From positions 79,368-143,367 of the forward strand of contig CAMMTJ010000002.1 of assembly GCA_946499835.1 (NCBI GenBank): DNA of 64,000 bases, given 5' to 3'. The notes below the pieces were generated by a model, which saw only the letters and a program-made list of their open reading frames with translations, was not told the origin of the DNA and ran no database searches. Of the stretch, positions 1 through 10,206 are shown one piece after another. The position numbers were made by a program, and so were the translations under genes. This stretch comes from an uncultured Bacillota bacterium (lineage in GTDB: Bacteria > Bacillota > Clostridia > Christensenellales > UBA1242). Within the stretch, counting starts at the first letter, position 1. Each line of letters opens with the position of its first letter.

Positions 1-120
1 TATAAACTACTTTTGCATAGAGGCAGGGGGCGTATGCAAAAACAACTTTCTATATGATTATCTTCTTTTTTTGAGTAAAAGTCAAACAAAATATACTTTT
101 TTGAACGAAAAAAGCCTTAG

Positions 121-247
121 TTGTCCACAGAGGAGTTATCCACAATTCCACAACTAAATATTTATACACAACTGCTTATTTTTATGCAAAATGATGAATT
201 TTGTATCGTTTGTGGTTAAAAAATGGCAAGTTATCCACATTTCCACA
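121..247. promoter_or_regulatory. DnaA-box cluster (candidate oriC segment or DnaA-regulated region)
   Basis: TTGTCCACA 121-129, TTATCCACA 136-144, TTATACACA 162-170, TGTGGTTAA (reverse orientation) 211-219, TTATCCACA 231-239. That is two perfect and three one-mismatch matches to the TTATCCACA consensus within about 120 bp. An AT-rich stretch follows at 290-427, and gyrB/gyrA lie nearby. Confidence 0.6.
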
Positions 248-427
248 TCCAATTATTGCGAAAAAGCAAGAATTTTGCGTAGCCCAACCTCAAAATTAAA
301 GATAAAATTTATATAAAAATAACTAAGTGGTTTCGGCTTAAATTCATCGCGTTTTCTACTATACATTTTTTCGACATTCTTGTCAAACAAATGACAAATG
401 TTTTTTAAGAAAATTTTAATATTTTTT

Positions 428-2494
428 TTATTTTTTCAGCCCTTTCAAAAATTTTGAAGGTTGAGTATTGTATAAAAAGTATAATTTATGCAAAGCACGG
501 GTTGAAGAAACATACAAAATATTTTTATCAACGTTGTTGACATAGTTGTCTTGATCGGCATTTGGCACAATTACGCAATCAAATTCAATGCCTTTTGCTG
601 TTGCACAAGTGGTCAGCAAAACTTTGTGGTTATAGTCTTCACTTCTGTCGATTGTGTGGACATCAACATGACCTTTAAGTGCCTTTGCAAGTTCAGAACG
701 CTCTTTATGACTTTTGCAAATGATCGCAATATGATCATACTCATCGTTTTCTTCCACGATTTTTGCAATGTCCTTTGCAATATCTTGACTTTTGATAAGT
801 TCAGGTTCTTGTCCACTTCTGTTGACATAATCAATTCCATCAAGTCCAATCATGTTGTGTGCAAAGCGAGCAATTTCTTTGGTTGAACGATAAGTCTTTG
901 TCAAGGTTATGAGTTTTGTGTTCAAAAATTGTGCAACCTCGTCAAGATACTCTTTTGTAAGAGTCTTTTCAATGCACTGATTTATGTCGCCAACAATAAT
1001 GCTTTGGCAGTTCCATAATTTTTTGAAGACATAAAGGTCAACTGGTGTGAAATCTTGCATTTCATCAATAATAAGATATTTTGCTGAAAAGTCATGCTCA
1101 AAGCCATAGATAAAATGGTTTATGGCAAGCATAACGCCTTTGTCCATATATCTTATGCCACCATTTTTTGGAACGGTCAGTCCCATACGTGCCAAAAAGA
1201 TTTGAGTCAGTTTGTCCGAGTCTTTGATTGGCAAGAAGTTGTATAAAATTCTCTTAAACCTATCACGCAGACCTTTGAATTGGGCTTTGTTATAATGCCT
1301 ACGCTCTGTGAAGACCATAGCATATTGCCATGCAATTTTTGCAATCCTTTCATATATATCCATGTCTTTGTAAGCGTTGAAGAAAAGATCTTTTGTCTGC
1401 TCCTCAGGGAAGGTTATTTCAATTTTTTCATCGTCTGGCGTAAAGCCTATGCAATAAGACAAAGTCTTTGGTGAAAAAGTTTCAACAAGAGGGCCTTGCA
1501 TGAATTTGAGGAGTTCATCAAGATATTCAAAACTGCTTTTGAATGAGATTTCATCAAGTTGCTTTTGAGTTGGTGATGTTGCGATTTCATCAAGCATATC
1601 TTCACGTGTTTGGATAGGCTTATGAAGTTCGACATGACATATGCGATCATAAGTTGTTTCAGCCAGATTGTTTTCCCCAAGTTGAGGCAAAACTTCGCTG
1701 ATATAACTTGAAAAAATGTTGTTTGGTGACAAGATGATGATATCACTGCTTTTTAAGGTTTTGCGGTGTTTATATAATAGATACGCTGCCCTATGAAGCA
1801 CAATAGAAGTCTTTCCTGAGCCAGCGACACCTTGCACGAGCACATTGTCATATTTTTCAGTTCTTACAATGGCGTTTTGTTCTTTTTGGATAGAAGAAAC
1901 AATTTGACGCATCTTTGCAGAAGAGTGTTTTGACAAAATTTCTTGCAAGATATCGTCATTGATTGTGAGGTCGGTATCAAAATATGAAAGCAGTTGCCTA
2001 TTTTCAATTTTGAATTGTCTTTTAAGGCTCATCTCGCCTTCAATGGTATTTTTTCCTGTGGCAAAACTTGCTTTGCCAAGAGGGTAGTCATAATACATTG
2101 ATGAGATTGGTGCACGCCAGTCAACAACAAGAGTGGTTGCTCCGTCAAAGACATTGTTGAGTCCAATGTAAATTTTTTGAGTTGTCTTTTTGCCCTTTGG
2201 AGTGAAATCAATTCGTGCAAAATAAGGAGAACGGAGTTGAAGAGAAAGTCTCTTGTGTTCCAGTTCAAGATTTTGTGCGTTTTCTTCAAGCATGGCAATT
2301 TCGCTAAACTTTTGAGCAAGATCGCCTTCCTTGTCAACATAATAATAATTTTCGCCTAAAAACTTCTTTTCATTTTCAAATGAATGACGTGTGTCAGCAA
2401 GTCTTTTTTCAGTCATATCAATCTTTTTAAGGATTGCTTTCTCTGTCCTTTGCAAATAGTCAAGTTCATGTGGGTCGATGTTGTTTTTTTCCAT
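428..2494 (-). CDS. helD: HelD-like superfamily-1 helicase (helicase IV / RNA polymerase recycling ATPase type)
   Basis: 688-aa ORF. N-terminal SPYFARIDF motif typical of HelD, Walker A GVAGSGKTS, motif II IIDEMQDF, and C-terminal UvrD-like motifs TKTYRST and VSSTRA. Confidence 0.75.
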   Translation of the reverse strand: MEKNNIDPHELDYLQRTEKAILKKIDMTEKRLADTRHSFENEKKFLGENYYYVDKEGDLAQKFSEIAMLEENAQNLELEHKRLSLQLRSPYFARIDFTPKGKKTTQKIYIGLNNVFDGATTLVVDWRAPISSMYYDYPLGKASFATGKNTIEGEMSLKRQFKIENRQLLSYFDTDLTINDDILQEILSKHSSAKMRQIVSSIQKEQNAIVRTEKYDNVLVQGVAGSGKTSIVLHRAAYLLYKHRKTLKSSDIIILSPNNIFSSYISEVLPQLGENNLAETTYDRICHVELHKPIQTREDMLDEIATSPTQKQLDEISFKSSFEYLDELLKFMQGPLVETFSPKTLSYCIGFTPDDEKIEITFPEEQTKDLFFNAYKDMDIYERIAKIAWQYAMVFTERRHYNKAQFKGLRDRFKRILYNFLPIKDSDKLTQIFLARMGLTVPKNGGIRYMDKGVMLAINHFIYGFEHDFSAKYLIIDEMQDFTPVDLYVFKKLWNCQSIIVGDINQCIEKTLTKEYLDEVAQFLNTKLITLTKTYRSTKEIARFAHNMIGLDGIDYVNRSGQEPELIKSQDIAKDIAKIVEENDEYDHIAIICKSHKERSELAKALKGHVDVHTIDRSEDYNHKVLLTTCATAKGIEFDCVIVPNADQDNYVNNVDKNILYVSSTRALHKLYFLYNTQPSKFLKGLKK

Positions 2495-2568
2495 AAGCCC
2501 TCCTTAAAAAAAACTTTTCGTGCTAAATTTTACTACAAAATGCAAAAAATTTCAATAGATTTAATAAT

Positions 2569-2594
2569 AAAACTCCACAAAAAGTGGAGTTTTG
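2569..2594. terminator. Hairpin between gyrA and helD (ACTCCAC-aaaaa-GTGGAGT) with A/T-rich flanks
   Basis: 7-bp perfect stem at 2572-2590. T-rich sequence follows on both strands, and the hairpin sits 36 nt downstream of the gyrA stop. Confidence 0.5.
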
Positions 2595-2629
2595 ATTATT
2601 TTTGTCAAATTTACTAATATTTTTGGAAG

Positions 2630-5188
2630 TTATTCTTCTTCATTTGAAGAAGTTTGACTTTGTTCTGATGCAACGCTTTCTTCAAAGAGTTTGTGCTCAT
2701 CAGATATTTCTTGTTCGCTCTCATCAGAAGTTTGTTCTTCTTTTTGAGCAAGTGCAACGCCTACAATTTTTGCATCATCTCTCAGTTTCATAACGCGCAC
2801 ACCTTGGCTTACACGACTGAGACTGCTTATCTGTGCGATAGGAGTCCTGATAATGACACCATTGTCTGCAATAAGCATAATATCATCTTCTTCTACCGAT
2901 TGTCTGAGTGCAACGAGTTTGCCTGTTTTTTCATTAAACACACCAGCCTTAACTCCCATGCCACCACGAGATTGCAAACGATATTCTTCAATATTTGAGC
3001 GTTTACCATAACCATTTTCACTTATTGTCACGATTTGTGTGTTTGGTTTGACAATTGTCATATCCACGATATAGTCATCTTTGCCAAGTTTCATGCTACG
3101 CACACCTTGACTTGTTCTGCCAACTTCACGCACATCTTTTTCTGAGAAGCGAATGGCCTTTCCTTCATGAGATGCCACAAGGATATCATCTTCACCACTT
3201 GAAACTTCAACGCCAATAAGTTCATCATTTTCAAGCAAATGAATTGCAATCTTTCCAACCTTGCGAATAAGTGCAAATTCAGAAAGAGGAGTTTTCTTGA
3301 TAAGTCCATATTTTGTCGCCATGATAAGATTTCCAGTTGCGTCATCTTTTCTTGGAATGATAGTTGTTACCTTTTCCTCAGGGGACAGTTGAAGCAGGTT
3401 GATGATTGCTCGTCCTTTTGCCGTTCTTTGTGCCTCTGGGACTTCATAGGCCTTTATGCAATAAACTTTGCCAAGATTTGTGAAGAAGAGAAGGTCGTCA
3501 TGAGTGCAGGTGATAAACATTGTCTTGACAAAATCTTCTTCCTTTGTCTTGTGAGCAGTCACGCCGACACCACCTCTGTTTTGCGCCTTATATTCACTTG
3601 TTGACATGCGTTTGATATATCCTTGGCTTGTCATAGAGATGACAACATCTTCTTTTTCGATAAGATCGGCAATGTCAATGCCACCAGTTTCAAGTGAAAT
3701 TTCTGTTTTACGTTTGTCGCCATAAGTTTGTTTAATTGTTTCAAAGCCTTCACGCAAAATTTGAAGCACACGTTCAGGTTTTGCAATGATGTCTTTGTAA
3801 TCAGCGATTTTTGCGTCAAGTTCACGGAGTTCTTCATTGAGTTTTTCAACTTCCAAACTTGTCAGTTTTGAAAGTTTCATTTCAAGAATGGCATTGGCTT
3901 GAATTTCATCAAGTTCAAAGTTTTGAGTCAGTTTCACAACAGCATCTGCTCTATCTTCGGCAGATTTTATGATGCGAATGACTTCATCAATATTTGCAAG
4001 TGCAATGACAAGACCTTTGACAATATGTTCTCTCTCTTCTGCTTTGGCAAGGTCAAACTTGGTTTTGCGGACAAGCACCTCTTTTTGATGTTCAAGATAA
4101 TAATAGAGCATCTCTTTCAGATTGAGTATTCTTGGTTGGTTGTCAACAAGGGCAAGAAAGATTATGCCTGAGCCCTTTTGAAGTTGAGTATGCTTGTAAA
4201 GAGAATTGAGCACAACTTGTGCATTGAAATCTTTTTTGACGTCAACGACAACGCGCATACCTTGTCTGTCAGATTCTTCTTTGATGTCACTGATACCTTC
4301 AAGACGTTTGTTTTTGACCATATCTGCCATTTGCACAATAAATTGTGCCTTGTTGACTTGATATGGAAGTTCTGTGATAACAATTCTGCTCTTTCCGTTT
4401 GAAAGTTCTTCAATTTCAGCACGGCCTCTCACAACAATTCCGCCACGTCCAGTTTTGTAGGCGTGTTTGATAGCCGTTCTGCCCATGATAATTCCGCCTG
4501 TTGGGAAATCTGGTGCAGGGATGATTTTGATAAGGTCATCAATATCTATCTCAGGATTGTCAATCATGGCTTGAAGTCCATTCAAAACCTCAGTCAAGTT
4601 GTGAGGTGGGATGTTTGTTGCCATTCCGACAGCAATACCATCTGCGCCATTGATAAGCAGGTTTGGTATCTTTGCAGGAAGGACGACAGGTTGTTCTTCT
4701 GTGTTATCAAAGTTTGGATAGAAATCAACAGTTTCTTTATCGATATCTTCAAGCATAAGTCCTGCGATTTTTGAAAGACGGGCTTCTGTGTAACGCATAG
4801 CAGCAGGAGGGTCGCCATCGACAGAACCGAAGTTGCCTTGTCCGTCTATGAGTGGATAACGAATTGAGAAGTCTTGTGCAAGACGAACCATAGCGTCATA
4901 GACTGAACGGTCGCCGTGTGGGTGATACTTACCCATAACATCACCAACAATTCTGGCACATTTTTTTGTAGGTTTGTCATAGAAGTTGTTCATTTCGCCC
5001 ATAGCATACAAGATTCTGCGGTGGACTGGTTTGAGTCCATCACGCACATCTGGTATAGCACGGGAAACATTGACAGCCATTGCATAAGATATGAACGACT
5101 TTTTGAGGTTGTCCACAGTGTCAACTTTTTCAATTTTTGTCTCTTGGAAGATTTCTTCCAAAGACTTTTTGCTTTCATGCTTTTCCAT
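2630..5188 (-). CDS. gyrA: DNA gyrase subunit A
   Basis: 852 aa. [19 protein letters not shown], active-site region AAMRYTE, GyrA-box-like QNRGGVG, acidic C-terminal tail. Immediately downstream of gyrB. Confidence 0.96.
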   Translation of the reverse strand: MEKHESKKSLEEIFQETKIEKVDTVDNLKKSFISYAMAVNVSRAIPDVRDGLKPVHRRILYAMGEMNNFYDKPTKKCARIVGDVMGKYHPHGDRSVYDAMVRLAQDFSIRYPLIDGQGNFGSVDGDPPAAMRYTEARLSKIAGLMLEDIDKETVDFYPNFDNTEEQPVVLPAKIPNLLINGADGIAVGMATNIPPHNLTEVLNGLQAMIDNPEIDIDDLIKIIPAPDFPTGGIIMGRTAIKHAYKTGRGGIVVRGRAEIEELSNGKSRIVITELPYQVNKAQFIVQMADMVKNKRLEGISDIKEESDRQGMRVVVDVKKDFNAQVVLNSLYKHTQLQKGSGIIFLALVDNQPRILNLKEMLYYYLEHQKEVLVRKTKFDLAKAEEREHIVKGLVIALANIDEVIRIIKSAEDRADAVVKLTQNFELDEIQANAILEMKLSKLTSLEVEKLNEELRELDAKIADYKDIIAKPERVLQILREGFETIKQTYGDKRKTEISLETGGIDIADLIEKEDVVISMTSQGYIKRMSTSEYKAQNRGGVGVTAHKTKEEDFVKTMFITCTHDDLLFFTNLGKVYCIKAYEVPEAQRTAKGRAIINLLQLSPEEKVTTIIPRKDDATGNLIMATKYGLIKKTPLSEFALIRKVGKIAIHLLENDELIGVEVSSGEDDILVASHEGKAIRFSEKDVREVGRTSQGVRSMKLGKDDYIVDMTIVKPNTQIVTISENGYGKRSNIEEYRLQSRGGMGVKAGVFNEKTGKLVALRQSVEEDDIMLIADNGVIIRTPIAQISSLSRVSQGVRVMKLRDDAKIVGVALAQKEEQTSDESEQEISDEHKLFEESVASEQSQTSSNEEE

Positions 5189-5203
5189 TTTGTTCTCCTA
5201 TTC

Positions 5204-7192
<1,989 letters not shown>

Positions 7193-7372
7193 TTATATAT
7201 TATTATAAAGGAAAAAACAAGCGTTTTTTGAAAGAAACTTTTTGCGCGATAGATTTCCTTGCGGGTGCTTTTGCTGGCAAAATAAAGCCCTTCTAACGCA
7301 AAATTTGATATAATAACATTCAAGAAGTTGCAAAAAAATAAACTTTTTGATATATTTAAGGTGGAGTTATAT

Positions 7373-8182
7373 ATGAAAAAGAAGAAAAATGAAGAATATA
7401 CCACGCCAAATGAAGGTAGTATGAGCGTCAAAGAACAAATTATTCAATTTTTGAAGTTTCTTGGCTTCTCAATCTCGGCGGGCGTGATTCAATTTGGTCT
7501 TACAACACTTTTAAGTGAAGTGATTGGACTTATATACTGGCCATCTTATCTTATTGGACTTTTGGCATCTATTATTTGGAACTTTACATTTAACCGAAAA
7601 TTCACATTCCGTTCAGCAAGCAATGTGCCAGTTGCTATGGCACTTGTCCTTCTCTTCTACTGTGTGTTTACACCAATTTCAACCTTTGGAGGAGATGCAC
7701 TTGTCGAAGATCTTGGATGGAATGGGATGTTGGTCACAGCGATCATGATGGTTCTCAATTTCTTGACAGAATACCTTTGGGACAAGTTTGTTGTCTTTCG
7801 CGATGTTTTGCCTTCACACTCACAAGAAAACAAAGCACTCATAGATGAGGAATATGAAACTTTGAGGGCAACGCAAGCTGAGGAAAAGCAAAAGAAGGCG
7901 GAGGCAAAAGCAAGCAAAAAACAAGAAAGACAAAACAGGAGAGCGGAGAGTTATTCAAATCCATATCACAAAGACCTTAAAGACTTTGAGAGCGAGAATA
8001 ATGAGGTTGATAATGGAGAATTTAAGTATTCCGCTTTGGAATCTTTCAAACTGGATGACAAAACATTGCAAGAAAAACAAAAAAGGGTGGACAAAATGCC
8101 ACGCCTTGGACAAATCAATTATGACTCAATGAGAGAAGAGTTTGAACTCTTGCAAGAGATAAGAAAAAGAAGAGGTGAGTGA
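7373..8182 (+). CDS. GtrA-family membrane protein with a long Lys/Glu-rich C-terminal extension
   Basis: Four hydrophobic helices and the WNFTFNRKFTF motif typical of GtrA-like proteins. Start moved to the ATG at 7373, which follows the RBS AAGGTGGAG and is in frame with the track ORF 7328-8182. Confidence 0.7.
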   Translation: MKKKKNEEYTTPNEGSMSVKEQIIQFLKFLGFSISAGVIQFGLTTLLSEVIGLIYWPSYLIGLLASIIWNFTFNRKFTFRSASNVPVAMALVLLFYCVFTPISTFGGDALVEDLGWNGMLVTAIMMVLNFLTEYLWDKFVVFRDVLPSHSQENKALIDEEYETLRATQAEEKQKKAEAKASKKQERQNRRAESYSNPYHKDLKDFESENNEVDNGEFKYSALESFKLDDKTLQEKQKRVDKMPRLGQINYDSMREEFELLQEIRKRRGE

Positions 8183-8186
8183 AAAT

Positions 8187-8759
8187 CTACTCACTTTTTT
8201 TACGTGTGTCCACAAATGAAAAGTTGATATTTTTCAAATTGACCCTATAAGTCTTGTTTTCAATTTCCAGTTCGCCTTTATAGAAAATTTTGGCATTCCT
8301 TTTTTCGTCCTTGCCTTTCTCTTGATATGAAATGTCATAAAAGTTGAACCCCAAAATGTTGAGAAGGGGATTGATATAATAAAGCCCATTGTTGATATAT
8401 ACGATGCCAATAAAAGTCAAAATCATAATATAAACAACAAAACCGCTTATCAAAGACAAATCAAGAGGGATTGCAAAAAACACAAAAAGAGAGAAATAGC
8501 CCAAAAAGTGCTGATCAGTGATATTGTGCTTTGAAAGGATTTCAATTTCTATTGATTGACCTCTGTTGAGTGGAACATTAAGCAAAAAGCCGAGCACGCC
8601 AAGACCAATCAAGAGAATATGCAGAACAAAATTGATTGTGTTGAGCACATTGAAAGTCAAGTTTTGATTTATAAGTTCGATAACAAGTTTAACAAAAACA
8701 AGTGCATACATTGGCACAAAAGCAGAAATATAAAGAAGAAAATTCTTAAAAAACCTCAT
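8187..8759 (-). CDS. Hypothetical multi-pass membrane protein (190 aa)
   Basis: Long ORF with about four hydrophobic segments and a soluble C-terminal roughly 50 aa. No motif recognised. Confidence 0.55.
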   Translation of the reverse strand: MRFFKNFLLYISAFVPMYALVFVKLVIELINQNLTFNVLNTINFVLHILLIGLGVLGFLLNVPLNRGQSIEIEILSKHNITDQHFLGYFSLFVFFAIPLDLSLISGFVVYIMILTFIGIVYINNGLYYINPLLNILGFNFYDISYQEKGKDEKRNAKIFYKGELEIENKTYRVNLKNINFSFVDTRKKSE

Positions 8760-8974
8760 ACTTTATCTTGTGCGGAAAAGTATAAAATATCATTTTTGTA
8801 TTGTTTTTCACTCTGTCAAGCAATTATAAATAAAAAGACTAGGAAGACCTAGCCTTTTTTTTGATAATACAAGAGAATAGCAAAACCCCTTTTCACCTCC
8901 TTTTATTGGTGTCAAAATTGGTGTCAAAAGGCAAATTAAAAAGTTTGAAAATCGCTACATCCCCTTATTTACAA

Positions 8975-9308
8975 TGGTTGTGGGAGTTGGCTGATTCCAC
9001 CTCCCGAACCGAGGTTATATCTTCGTTGCCACTTCGATATAACGCGAAGTAATAAAAAAAAGTTGGAACTATGCCAACTTTTACTTTTTTGGTTGCGGGA
9101 GTTTATCCTAAACCACTCCCGAACCAAGGTTATATCTTCGTTGCCACTTCGATATAACGCGAAGTAATAAAAAAAAGTTGGAACTATGCCAACTTTTACT
9201 TTTTTGGTTGCGGGAGTTTATCCTAAACCACTCCCGAACCAAGGTTATATCTTCGTTGCCACTTCGATATAACCCGAATAAAAAAAGCCCATTCAGGGCT
9301 AATTCTCT
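8975..9308. repeat. Tandem 115-bp repeat (3 copies), each seeded by a copy of the tRNA-fMet 3' end
   Basis: Unit starts at 8975, 9090 and 9205. Each begins TGGTTG(T/C)GGGAGTT, the reverse complement of the ..AACTCCCGCAACCA 3' end of the adjacent tRNA. Units at 9090 and 9205 are identical for about 85 nt. Conserved hairpins: GGTTGCGGGAGT/ACTCCCGAACC and GTTATATC/GATATAAC. The first two units end in AAAAGTTGG-n7-CCAACTTTT with flanking A and T runs. Confidence 0.9.
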
Positions 9309-9385
9309 TGGTTGCGGGAGTTGGATTTGAACCAACGACCTTCGGGTTATGAGCCCGACGAGCTTCCGGACTGCTCTATCCCGCG
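9309..9385 (-). tRNA. Initiator tRNA-Met (anticodon CAT)
   Basis: 77 nt on the minus strand: CGCGGGA...GCTCGTCGGGCTCATAACCCGAAGGTCG...TCCCGCAACCA. Shows the C1xA72 mismatch, three G-C pairs closing the anticodon stem, and an encoded CCA. Close resemblance to E. coli tRNA-fMet as recalled from memory. Confidence 0.9.
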
Positions 9386-9410
9386 ACATCTCGTCATTTG
9401 TGACTTTTTT

Positions 9411-9439
9411 AGTATATGCTCATAACTTGCGTTTGTCAA
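9411..9439 (-). promoter_or_regulatory. Sigma-A type promoter for tRNA-fMet
   Basis: On the minus strand, TTGACA (9439-9434), a 17-nt spacer, then TATACT (9416-9411), about 25 nt upstream of the tRNA 5' end. Confidence 0.7.
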
Positions 9440-9457
9440 GTGTTTTTGCGAAAAAAA

Positions 9458-10129
9458 TTATTGCACAAATATGCTCGATGCAATGCAGATCAAAGATATT
9501 GCTAAAAAGACGTCTGAAAGTATTCTTCCAAGTTTGCTGTCTTTGTTTGAAAAAACGCTAACCACAATTCTTGCGCACAGGAAAACGGCACCTACAAGCA
9601 ACAGAATTGAAGTGAAGGTGTATCTTGAAAGGAAAAGACATGCAAATGATTGGAATAGGAATATGAGAGAGCAGGTTACTGACAAAAATATGAAAAGATA
9701 TTGCACAAAAGACTTATCTCTTTGAAGAATTGCAATCAAGAATGTCAATGCAATGCCAGCACATAAGCCAGTCAAAATACCCCATGGCACAAAAGAAAAG
9801 AGTGATATTCCTGCAAAAGAAAAGAGCAGGAGGGCAACCATTTGGATCAGGCGTGCTGTAAAAAATGTTGCTTTTGTTTGCTGTTGCGCATTTGTGCATT
9901 GAAGTGTTTGGCTTACGATAAGCAGTGCAAGTCCAATGCTGATCATAAGAGTGAGAGCACCATAACTTGATGCAAGGTTTGCACTCACAAGTGCGAGCAA
10001 AAGGGCGGAAACCACAAAAAAGGTTTTGGAAGCGACTGACTTCCAACCATTTGAATAATCTGTCAAACAGTGCATCACTCCCATTATCACAGAAAATGCG
10101 AGGAGACAACTAAAAACTGCAATAGCCAT
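9458..10129 (-). CDS. Hypothetical polytopic membrane protein (223 aa, possibly YhhN-like)
   Basis: Seven to eight hydrophobic segments. The family assignment is only a guess from size and topology. Confidence 0.55.
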   Translation of the reverse strand: MAIAVFSCLLAFSVIMGVMHCLTDYSNGWKSVASKTFFVVSALLLALVSANLASSYGALTLMISIGLALLIVSQTLQCTNAQQQTKATFFTARLIQMVALLLFSFAGISLFSFVPWGILTGLCAGIALTFLIAILQRDKSFVQYLFIFLSVTCSLIFLFQSFACLFLSRYTFTSILLLVGAVFLCARIVVSVFSNKDSKLGRILSDVFLAISLICIASSIFVQ

Positions 10130-10206
10130 AGATATATTTTAACCTAAACTACAAAAATATCAAAACAAAATATCCTTTTTGACAAAAAAAAGATAGGCTT
10201 TGCCTA

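Noticed and set aside
8900-8935. Direct repeat TTGGTGTCAAAA x2 and the antisense AAGGAGGTGA motif, considered as iterons or a hidden small gene.
   Set aside because: There are only two copies, and no plausible start codon or ORF follows the SD-like motif. The evidence is insufficient beyond noting the repeat.
8975-9308. Possible CRISPR array, because of regularly spaced repeats next to non-coding DNA.
   Set aside because: The whole 115-bp unit is repeated. There are no unique spacers between short repeats, the period is too long, and no cas genes are present. It is a tandem repeat, not a CRISPR array.
9108-9389. 93-aa ORF on the minus strand from the ORF track.
   Set aside because: It runs through the initiator tRNA gene and the tandem repeat units, including terminator hairpins. 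It has no RBS and is an artefact of the repeat.
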